Source of the DNA: a virus
Taxonomy: Duplodnaviria > Caudoviricetes
Direction: 5' to 3' (one strand)
Length of the DNA stretch: 50,942 nucleotides
IMG/VR virus record: IMGVR_UViG_3300007509_000009
Coordinates: 1 to 50,942 of that record
Positions 42,815-50,942 of the stretch are shown one piece after another (the first letter of the stretch is position 1; every line of letters begins with the position of its first letter). The notes under the pieces are model-generated. The model made no database searches, had not been told where the DNA came from, and worked only from the letters and a program-made list of their open reading frames with translations. Position numbers and translations under genes: made by a program.

Positions 42815-45800
42815 TTATTGTGGCCCAAACATCAGCAAGCGCAGCGCATCACCTGGGTGATCTGCCTCGCCGTCAAGGATTTCCATCATACCCGTAAACG
42901 ACCGCTCGGTCTGAACTGCCGGAAGGTGGAACAATACGCCCGTGGTTCGATTGAGCGCCTTCCAGAAAGGCGGATCAAGGTCGCCCTGCCTAACCTGCGT
43001 GGTTAGGTTTGCTAGTTCAGCGAATGCTCTTGCTCCAGCCGGGCCCTTGTAGCCGTGGTAACCCATGACAGCCGAGCCTAGCTCGCGCACGCCAGGGATG
43101 GTGCCCATAGCATACGAAATAATCTCTGCCGTCAGCTCTTCCTTTATGTCGTCCTCATCCTTGTCTTCGAGATTTCCGAAGAGCGCCTCCTGTAAGAAGT
43201 ATCCAACAACGGCTGGGACCATGTAGAGGAGCATTATGTCCCCCACCCACCCGGCAGCACCGGTTACGCCACCCTGACCAAGGCGCTTGCGCGTTTGCTC
43301 GATTGTCATGTTGTAGGTGGTGCTGAAGAACGAGTAGAAGTTGGTCCACAGCTTCATGAACGGAGAGCCGCGCTGGATGGCGGCCAGGTCAATTATCTGT
43401 CCACCGGCCTGAGCGTCACGCACAGACTGGTCGGCCACCGCAACGGCCTTCGCCTCGTCCATGCCGGAAGCCATGGATTTCTCGTAGGCACCGAGCCAGG
43501 TGGGAATGTCTACCACCATCTGCATGCGCGTAAGCATCCAGAACAGGGTGTCCCTCATCCCGCTGTGGGGCCCTTCCACCCTGTTCCGAATCTCATTGAT
43601 TTCACGTAGCTGTGTGCGGGCCCTGTCTCTCATAAACGGCGACACACTGTTGATCCACTTGACAGTTCCTTCCATGTGCTGCGCGTCACGCCCGGCCCAC
43701 TTCAGGAATCCCTTCGCTACCCACTGCGGGCCAACCCGCACGATGGACTGGCTCAGGCCGAGGATCTGCACTGAGGTGGTGGTGAACGAGTATCCCATGG
43801 AGGCAATGGAAGAGCCGACTCTCAGGTGGTTGAAAAACCGCTCCCACCCGTTCTTTGCGCCCACGTAGCCGGCAGCGACGTCGGTGATGATGTTCTTGAG
43901 CTGATCGTATTTCACGCGCCCGAACCCGTCGCGGATTGCTTTCTCGACTCGCCGGTCACCCAGCACGCGATTCAGGTCTACCAGCATCTCAGTGTGGGTC
44001 AGGTCGTGGATCACGTCGTCCAGGTGCTGGAAGATCGCGCCGAAGTCGAGACGCATGGGGCGCTCCAGCGGCTTCGCTACGCGGCCCTTCCTGTGGCCGT
44101 GCCGGGTCTGGGCTCGAACTGATGCCCCGCCCATGGCTCGCTTCGCTTTCTCGACCGCATCCAAAACCTCCGCCCGGTTGGACAGCTTAGAGTTGTACAG
44201 CGCCGGAAAGTATTGGCCCTGGACCTCGCCAAACTTGGTCTGAATCGTCAGCCCCTCAACCTTCTCCGGGGCGAACCCATCCAGGCGCTCGGCCAAAGCC
44301 TTGGAGTCGGCCCAGTAGCTATTGACCACATTCCAGATGCTTTCGATGAAGCTCCAGTCTTCCTGAGTCAGTGTGTCGAGGATCGCCTGAACCTGGGACT
44401 CCGACCAACCGTATCCGGCCATCAGGCGCTCGCGGTTACCCTGGTTGCCCCAGTTCATCCCCACCATGATCCGGCCCATGCGCGTGAGAGAATCGTCGAT
44501 CTCGGGGATAAATTGCTTTGTGTACATCGAGTCGTCGATCCGCATGCCCATGAATCGGGTGGCGAAATTCTTGGCCTGCTCTGACCAGGTGGCGAACGGA
44601 CGGAATGCCTCAAAGACCTTCTTCGCCGCCTCAGCTCGCATGTCAGCTTCTCGGTCAGCGGCCTCGTTGGCTGGCCGGATGAACGCTTCCCAGGCGAGCC
44701 CGCCGTCCTCGAACCCGTCCAGCTCCCGGATGATGGAGGAGGCCTTGCGGAACATCCCGAACGCGTCCCCAAAGAATTGGGAAGCTCGGTCCTGGGGAAG
44801 CTCGGTCTCTATGTCCGTAGGCCCCTTCTTGTTCTTGTTTTCATTGAGCGCCTCAACAAGCGCCTCAACGAATGCGTCGAACGAACGCTGGTCCTGGATC
44901 TTCATCAGCCGGTTCTTCAGCCGGGCCAGATGCTCCAGGTGCTTCATGCTGTCGCGCACCTCGCGCAACTCTTCGATACGAAGCTCTTTGTAGTTCTTGC
45001 GGTATGCCTCGTTGAGTATGTTGTCAGGCAGGGAGATAGGCTCGCCAGCCTCTTCCTTCGCCTCAACGAAGTCGCGCAGCGACTGCCTCTCATCCAGGGC
45101 CCGCAATGGAACATTGGCGAACTCGAACCGGGAGGCGATCTCCATGATCTGTTCCAGGTAGCCGGCCTTGCCCATGGCCTGGCGGACCTGCTTTCTGCCA
45201 AACTTCCGCACGTACTTGACGGTTGCGGCAACCTCCTCCTTGACTCGTCTCGCCTCCTTGTACAGCTCCAGGTTCAGCAGCTCCTGGCGCTTGGCCTGAG
45301 CGGCTGCCTCGAAATCCTGGCGGGCGAGCGCCTGGGTTGCTTCTCTGGACGCTTTCTGGGACGCGGTCAGGTAGAGACCGGGGCGGAGGGCGCGGACCTT
45401 TTGGGCAGCGATCATGCCCCTGGCTACCTCCCTGAAGGTCTTCAGGGTGGGCACCTCGTCGCGCAGAATCTGCCGGCCTGTGCGCTGCTGTGCCTGCATT
45501 GCTCTGATTGCTGGTGCCGCTGCACGCTGCATGGCCCGCAGGGCTTTCATTTCCGCACGCACCATCTCAGCTTGCTTGTCGTTGAGGGTCACCTCCATGG
45601 CCTTCTCGGCCAGGGCCTCACGATCCTGAAGCAGGCCTGGGTATTTCTCCCTCATGCGTTGCTCGCCCATCTCCTTGGCCACCGCCAGCTGGGGCCGGGC
45701 ATCCCGGATCAGCTGAATCATCTCGTCTGTGGAGCTGATCCCCACCATCTCCGCGATCTGGTCAGGGTGAACCCCCTCGTCGTCGAGCATGCCCCGGAAT

Positions 45801-48800
45801 GGGCGCAGGTCTCCGGTCAGCTCTTTCATGGTGGCCCGGTCCAGCTTCAGATCGAACTCGCGCCCGTCAGGCAGCACACCGTTCTTCAGGGCATTGATCA
45901 GGATGTACTCTTGGCTCCAGTTGGTCTCCTCGATGGCCTGGTCGATCTCGGCCTTGAGGCGCTTCTTCCACTCCGTGCGGTTCTCTCGCATCCACTCCCG
46001 GATCAGCTGCTGCTGCAGGCGCTCACGAGCCTGCCGGCTCTCGTCTGCAATGCCAGTCTGGTAAGCTGCCCATTCAGCGTCGGACATGTTGGGAGGCTTG
46101 TTCATGAACAGCGGGGTGATCTCTGCCTCGGCCTGAGCGGCAGCGATCTGCTCATCAGTGGCCAGCATGCGGTCGAACACGCCGCGCACCTCGTCATTGA
46201 GCGTGACGTTCAACGCCTTGGCGTCGTCGTAGAGGCCGATCAACCAGGCGCGGAACCTGGCGAATGCGCGGCGCAAACCAACCGAGGGAGCCTTGCCCTC
46301 CATCGCGTAGGCCTCGAACCCGCGAGCGAATTGCTCCTTCTGGTCTACGCCGATCTCGTCGATGGAGCTGACGCCAAACCACTGCAGCAGAACCTCCATG
46401 TCGTCAATCATGCGAAGCTTGTTGTCTCCGATAGCCTCGCCACGCTCAGTGGCTTGTTGAGCCTCCCGGACCAAGTCAGAGAATATCTCCAGGAATACGT
46501 GTCCTGACTCGTGAATGAACGTGGAGGCGTCGGCGTTCTCCAGCAGGCCAATCTTCATTGTGCGATCTGCGGAGATAGCCGTGTACCCGCGAGGGCCGGA
46601 GGGGTCGCGCTGTTCCAGGCGCTCGACCTCAATCAAAGCCTCATCCCAGATCACGAAGTTGCGCTCGTCGGAGGTGCGGCCTTTGTAGGTGAGGCCGGGG
46701 ATGCCAGCTTCGGACAAGAACTCTGATGCTCCCCGCGCCCCGTCCAGCCTTTCGAGGGCGTTGTATAGCTTCCACCCGGGTTGATACAGCCACCTCGTAA
46801 CAGAAGCCTCAACGGCCTGCTGCTCCGTATCGTACTGAGCAAACGACTGGACCCGAACAGTCCCGCCAATGACATCCCGTGGTGCGTACCTGTACCCGTA
46901 CTTCCCGTCATCCTGAAAGATCTCCCTGCCCACGCCCGCCAAGTGCTCCATCACCGGTCTCAGCGCATCCTGAATCTCCTGAGATTGCTGTATGGGCTGC
47001 CTGTCGTAGTCCAGAAGCTCCTCGGTCTCGGGGATGTTGACTTCGTAGAGGTGGCCCTTTTGCATCTCGAAGGTGTCTTTCAGATGCTTGTCTAGTTTCC
47101 TTGCCGCTGGGTTCGTATCGAAAGCAGCCGGTTTTCTTCCTGCAGAGAATGAAGCAACCCCGTTGTCAACGATGTACCCGTAAGGATCGCTCTTCTCTCC
47201 CACGAAGTCTCTTGCCCACTGCTCTATCTCACTGAGAGAGAGTTTTTGCCCTGACTCTTTGTGGATGAACTCTCTCTTGCCCAATGCTCTTTGATAGTGC
47301 TCGCCGACCTCCTTCTTGCTCGCGAAGTACAGACCCCAGCCATACGCCTGACGGCCTTCGCCCGTACCAATGGCGTGCAGGCTGAACTTCTCGAATCGGT
47401 GCGGGGAGCCATGCCAGGCGGACTGGTACAGGAGCTGCTCGGGAGCAAACTGCTCGAAGAACTCCGGGCGCACCAGGGTCTCGTGCTCGATCTCATCGGC
47501 GCGGCCTGCTTCACCCAGGATGCGGGATACTGCGTCGTCCGTCAGGATTCTTGTTATGCGCGCCTCTCCGGCAATGACCCAGGGGTCACCGTACTTGGAG
47601 TAGTGGTACAGGCCACCAACCGGCACGGCGCTACCCAGGCGGGGCTCACCCGTCGTCTCCAGGATGGCGTCGTAGTCAATGTCGGCGGACACCTCCATCT
47701 CCACATACACCCGATTGGGCGCAATGGTGCCGGCCTTGGTTCTTAGCTGAGGTGTGATTGGCAGCATGGCCCCGTGAATCCCCGCCGAAGGGAACAGGTC
47801 CATCTTGGCCTGGGTGGAGAGCACGCCGTACTCCCACTTGCCCACAGTAAAGGGGAGAGGTTTCTTGCGCCCCTTGGCGTCTAAGACTCTGCCAGCGAAC
47901 AGCGGGTACAGCTTCCCGTCTTTGCCTACCTCAACCAGCTTGTAGGCCTTTACTGTTTTTCGGGGCGGCCTTCTTTCGGCCCCCTGTTCAGCCCGTCCAC
48001 GAACCGCTGCACTATCCGCGATCTCTTCTCTCGGAGTGCTTGCTTCGTAGACGGTGTCTGAGATTTCTCCCGCTTTTCTTGCGGCATTGAGTTGCTCCAT
48101 GACCCGGCTATCCAGGTCGGTGTAATCAATCTTCTGAATGGTCTCCAGGGGTGCAACCTGAGAGTTTCCGAACCCCCGCGTGTTATCAATCAGGATGACC
48201 TCAACCTGATCGTTGTCCGCATACAGGTCATTGATCTGGGAGATCGCCCTCGACGAGCCAATGTGCCCCCTAACAAACGGGACCACGTTGACCACCCTGC
48301 CAGTGCTCATCGCCCTCGGGAGTGCGCCGCTGCCGTCGATGCCAGGGGTTCCTCTGAACGCCTCCACAGGATCTCGCATCACATAGATGATCTCGACGTT
48401 GGCCCCGGTCTTCAGGACGAGGTCGATGCGCCTGGCTGCCTTGTCAGCGTTCCCCATGATCGTGTCATAGGTGAACACTGACTCCTCGTCACCAATGGCG
48501 TCGCGGATGGCGGAGGTCTTCCCTGCGGCAGCACCACCAGCGGTGAACAGGACCGTGTCGTCAGCGGTGAGCCCTGCGACCTTCTCTTCAAAGTACCGGT
48601 TGGTGAACCAGCTGGCCGGCTCGTGTACTGCGTTGGACAAAGACTTGTCTGCCGCATAGGAGGGAACCAGCAGGCGGGCCTCGTCTACGTTGATGACGGT
48701 GCCGCCCTTGGTGCCTTCCAGCTCGGCGTAGGCGGCCTTCGCGGCCTCATAGTCCTCGAAGACCCGGGTGGCCTCGTGCGCCACGCGTCGTTCTCTCTGG

Positions 48801-50942
48801 GTCAGACCCTTCGGGTAGGGGATGCCCGGAGTGTGCGTCTCCACCTCCAGCGGTTGAAAAACCACTGCGGCCTCGCCTGCGGCACCACCCCTGGACCAGT
48901 AGCCCAGGTAGCCCGAGTCTCTGACGAGCCGCTCAGCGTAGGTGTAGATGTCTGCGCCCTGCCGGCCAGCGGCAGCAGCGGCACCCCTGAAGTCTGCCGG
49001 ATCTCGATCCCAGTCGTACAGGTCGCGGGCTTCCACCGAGGTGACGTTGACACTGTCTCCAAGGCCCGGCTCTTTTACATAGCCACCCGGCTTGTCAACC
49101 GCAATCCCGTAGTAGGACCGGTTGACCCAGTCCTTGGGATTATTCAGTCGGCGTCGGTTTTCCTCTCCGGGGATTCCTCGTCCGTAGAAGGCGGGGTCAA
49201 TGAGGTCTCGTCGCTCTTCTGAGTAGTGGACGAGTTCGACTCTGCCGTCAGACCGAACTGTTGGGCCATCTCTTGCTGAAGAATCCTGCTGAACTCCGCG
49301 TCCTGGCGCGAGCGCCGCTCTTGCTCCTGCCTTCTCAAGTCCCTCGGATCTGAGGAGGCCTTCGTATAGCCCCCGCCGATCACGTACCCAGCTTTCGAGA
49401 CCGGGTCGTCGTCCGAGAGCAGCTTCAAACCTCTCCGCTCCAGCTTGTCCTTCAAGGTCTCGTTCCCAGTCGATTGTTGGGCCATAGTCTCCGTCCGCGT
49501 AGGTGCCCTCGACCTCGCCACCCAACTCCTCCTTCAGGGCCTGGACCCCATCTAGGAATGTATCGGTGTCGCCGAGCGCATTGTCAAAGTTGACGACATA
49601 CAGCTTGCCGTCGATCTCAGTATACCCGAAATCGCGCCCGAATGTTACCATTCCTGAACGCTTTAGTACATCCCGCTCAACCCCAGAGAATACGGCGGCT
49701 GCGACCACCCCCTCGTCGTTAGGATCAAGCGTGTTCGATATTCTGAACCACGGCACAGCCTGTTGTCTGAACACGTACTGGACAATGCGGGCGTAGCTCT
49801 CTACCTCGTCCCGCGACATGCGGCGGACCCTCTCCTGCATGTCGGAGACTTCTGCCGGTAGCGCCACCAGGCTGGCCACCCGGTTGGGCATGAGGGTCTC
49901 ATTCCACAACCCCAGGCCGCCCTCGTTGGCTGCCAGCGGGATGCCGAGACTCTGGGCGATCAGATCTCTGCCATCTTGGTCCACCACTAGGGCCAGGGAG
50001 TCCATCCTGAACTGAGCCTTCTGGAAGTCAGTCAAGGAGCGGTATAGATTGGCTGCCGCCGAGCCCGGGGCCGGTGTTACCTCGAAGGTGACGTGGTCGG
50101 TTAGCTCAGCCAGAGCCTCGTGAAACGTCGCGCCGCTGAGCCCCTTGTCATCACGGTACTGGGTCCACACGAGGGCCTGAACCTGCATGGGCAGAAGGTC
50201 GGTTCCGTTCACCGCGTTGAAGTGCTGGGTGACCGCCCGCATGATCGTCTGGCTGACGCGGTTGCGGGCGGGGGTTCCGACGTTGCCGGAGGGCGGGGGC
50301 ACATACCCCATGGCCCCGTAGATGTGCCTGTCGATGGTAGAGGCCAGCACGTTGACCGGGCTGTCAGGGAACATGGCGTCATGGATGTTCTGGTAGAACG
50401 CGAGCGTCTTCTCGGCGAACCCAGGGGTCTCCATGGTGATCTCGTCCGCCTCCAGGGCGGTCATGATGTGCTCTGAGCTTTGGTGGCCTACGTGTGGCGA
50501 CGTGTTGCCCTGCTCGATCTGATAAGCGGCACTAACAGCCAGATGGACGTTAGACGTGACTCCCTCGTTGGCAGACAGCAAGGCAAGTATGCGCGCCATG
50601 CGATCCGCCCGGGCGTAGTCGTTGTTCACCAGGCGCAGGATCATATTGCCAATGTCCTGATACCAGTAAGCCGATAGCGGGAAGTTGGTCAGGGCCCGCT
50701 GCGCGTAGTCGAAGATCCGGTTGGCAAGCATGTCGATGTCTGCTTGCGTCACAATCCCGGGCGGGAATCCAGCCAGTTCACCAGTCTTTTTGTTCGCGAG
50801 CCGCGTCTTACCGACGTTTACGCCGGTTACCAGCGGAGTCTGAGCCAGGATCTCTGGGCCTTCTTCCAGGACTACGGACTCCACCTCAAGGCCAAGATCA
50901 GAGGGCAGCACCCTCTCCATCTGGGCCGGGTTCTCCGGGGTA
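42815..50942 (-). CDS. Main part of the giant polyvalent ejection protein (HhH-glycosylase-like, two ART-like, zeta-toxin-like kinase, zincin peptidase, helical C-terminus)
   Basis: WHGSPH...GTGEG.QAYGWGLYF; AGGAAAGKTS; TFIHESGH...EQFARGFEAY; frame continuous with 2518-1. Confidence 0.92.
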   Translation of the reverse strand, partial: TPENPAQMERVLPSDLGLEVESVVLEEGPEILAQTPLVTGVNVGKTRLANKKTGELAGFPPGIVTQADIDMLANRIFDYAQRALTNFPLSAYWYQDIGNMILRLVNNDYARADRMARILALLSANEGVTSNVHLAVSAAYQIEQGNTSPHVGHQSSEHIMTALEADEITMETPGFAEKTLAFYQNIHDAMFPDSPVNVLASTIDRHIYGAMGYVPPPSGNVGTPARNRVSQTIMRAVTQHFNAVNGTDLLPMQVQALVWTQYRDDKGLSGATFHEALAELTDHVTFEVTPAPGSAAANLYRSLTDFQKAQFRMDSLALVVDQDGRDLIAQSLGIPLAANEGGLGLWNETLMPNRVASLVALPAEVSDMQERVRRMSRDEVESYARIVQYVFRQQAVPWFRISNTLDPNDEGVVAAAVFSGVERDVLKRSGMVTFGRDFGYTEIDGKLYVVNFDNALGDTDTFLDGVQALKEELGGEVEGTYADGDYGPTIDWERDLEGQAGAERFEAALGRRPGLESWVRDRRGLYEGLLRSEGLEKAGARAALAPGRGVQQDSSARDGPTVRSDGRVELVHYSEERRDLIDPAFYGRGIPGEENRRRLNNPKDWVNRSYYGIAVDKPGGYVKEPGLGDSVNVTSVEARDLYDWDRDPADFRGAAAAAGRQGADIYTYAERLVRDSGYLGYWSRGGAAGEAAVVFQPLEVETHTPGIPYPKGLTQRERRVAHEATRVFEDYEAAKAAYAELEGTKGGTVINVDEARLLVPSYAADKSLSNAVHEPASWFTNRYFEEKVAGLTADDTVLFTAGGAAAGKTSAIRDAIGDEESVFTYDTIMGNADKAARRIDLVLKTGANVEIIYVMRDPVEAFRGTPGIDGSGALPRAMSTGRVVNVVPFVRGHIGSSRAISQINDLYADNDQVEVILIDNTRGFGNSQVAPLETIQKIDYTDLDSRVMEQLNAARKAGEISDTVYEASTPREEIADSAAVRGRAEQGAERRPPRKTVKAYKLVEVGKDGKLYPLFAGRVLDAKGRKKPLPFTVGKWEYGVLSTQAKMDLFPSAGIHGAMLPITPQLRTKAGTIAPNRVYVEMEVSADIDYDAILETTGEPRLGSAVPVGGLYHYSKYGDPWVIAGEARITRILTDDAVSRILGEAGRADEIEHETLVRPEFFEQFAPEQLLYQSAWHGSPHRFEKFSLHAIGTGEGRQAYGWGLYFASKKEVGEHYQRALGKREFIHKESGQKLSLSEIEQWARDFVGEKSDPYGYIVDNGVASFSAGRKPAAFDTNPAARKLDKHLKDTFEMQKGHLYEVNIPETEELLDYDRQPIQQSQEIQDALRPVMEHLAGVGREIFQDDGKYGYRYAPRDVIGGTVRVQSFAQYDTEQQAVEASVTRWLYQPGWKLYNALERLDGARGASEFLSEAGIPGLTYKGRTSDERNFVIWDEALIEVERLEQRDPSGPRGYTAISADRTMKIGLLENADASTFIHESGHVFLEIFSDLVREAQQATERGEAIGDNKLRMIDDMEVLLQWFGVSSIDEIGVDQKEQFARGFEAYAMEGKAPSVGLRRAFARFRAWLIGLYDDAKALNVTLNDEVRGVFDRMLATDEQIAAAQAEAEITPLFMNKPPNMSDAEWAAYQTGIADESRQARERLQQQLIREWMRENRTEWKKRLKAEIDQAIEETNWSQEYILINALKNGVLPDGREFDLKLDRATMKELTGDLRPFRGMLDDEGVHPDQIAEMVGISSTDEMIQLIRDARPQLAVAKEMGEQRMREKYPGLLQDREALAEKAMEVTLNDKQAEMVRAEMKALRAMQRAAAPAIRAMQAQQRTGRQILRDEVPTLKTFREVARGMIAAQKVRALRPGLYLTASQKASREATQALARQDFEAAAQAKRQELLNLELYKEARRVKEEVAATVKYVRKFGRKQVRQAMGKAGYLEQIMEIASRFEFANVPLRALDERQSLRDFVEAKEEAGEPISLPDNILNEAYRKNYKELRIEELREVRDSMKHLEHLARLKNRLMKIQDQRSFDAFVEALVEALNENKNKKGPTDIETELPQDRASQFFGDAFGMFRKASSIIRELDGFEDGGLAWEAFIRPANEAADREADMRAEAAKKVFEAFRPFATWSEQAKNFATRFMGMRIDDSMYTKQFIPEIDDSLTRMGRIMVGMNWGNQGNRERLMAGYGWSESQVQAILDTLTQEDWSFIESIWNVVNSYWADSKALAERLDGFAPEKVEGLTIQTKFGEVQGQYFPALYNSKLSNRAEVLDAVEKAKRAMGGASVRAQTRHGHRKGRVAKPLERPMRLDFGAIFQHLDDVIHDLTHTEMLVDLNRVLGDRRVEKAIRDGFGRVKYDQLKNIITDVAAGYVGAKNGWERFFNHLRVGSSIASMGYSFTTTSVQILGLSQSIVRVGPQWVAKGFLKWAGRDAQHMEGTVKWINSVSPFMRDRARTQLREINEIRNRVEGPHSGMRDTLFWMLTRMQMVVDIPTWLGAYEKSMASGMDEAKAVAVADQSVRDAQAGGQIIDLAAIQRGSPFMKLWTNFYSFFSTTYNMTIEQTRKRLGQGGVTGAAGWVGDIMLLYMVPAVVGYFLQEALFGNLEDKDEDDIKEELTAEIISYAMGTIPGVRELGSAVMGYHGYKGPAGARAFAELANLTTQVRQGDLDPPFWKALNRTTGVLFHLPAVQTERSFTGMMEILDGEADHPGDALRLLMFGPQ
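50824..50942. repeat. 119-bp terminal direct repeat, copy 2
   Basis: Identical to 1-119. Confidence 0.97.

Noticed and set aside
44777-46507. Long plus-strand ORFs (576 aa here, also 9663-10583 and 6640-7449) and minus-strand 23588-24826 and 26085-27218
   Set aside because: Antisense shadows of real high-GC3 genes; no RBS or recognisable motifs
50824-50942. 119-bp terminal repeat as a biological DTR
   Set aside because: It falls mid-gene and in frame, and 119 is a common assembler k-mer size; best read as a circularisation overlap
1-50942. Stop-codon reassignment or alternative genetic code
   Set aside because: Core genes are full length under the standard code, and TAA, TAG and TGA all end genes at coupled junctions

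Overview
Complete, circularly assembled genome (50,823 bp unique plus a 119-bp terminal overlap) of a GC-rich podovirus-like phage, probably of a Gram-negative (likely proteobacterial) host. The minus strand carries a T7/BPP-1-style morphogenesis arm: TerS, TerL, three gp7.3-like peptides, portal, scaffold, capsid, adaptor, nozzle, ejection proteins and tailspike. The last ejection protein is a 3,508-aa polyvalent protein that spans the origin and is only partly shown in the ORF track. There is a plus-strand early region (small ORFs, HD hydrolase, MoxR AAA/vWA module, HTH), a lambdoid-type replication/recombination region with a Cro-like gene but no visible CI or integrase, and a lysis cassette. 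Most notable: (1) a promoter-to-terminator multi-hairpin small RNA (about 12486-12650, minus) whose loops are complementary to ribosome-binding regions of the phage's own early genes; (2) a six-copy operator-like motif GTGTT-N4-TT-N4-AAC shared by four early promoters and the cro switch; (3) a translationally coupled cassette of signal-peptide-bearing, cysteine-rich, virion-fibre-like proteins downstream of the lysis genes; (4) a segment-permuted zeta-toxin-like kinase among the domains of the giant protein; (5) a GNRA-rich structured leader on the capsid gene. All family assignments come from motif recognition by eye; no database search was run.
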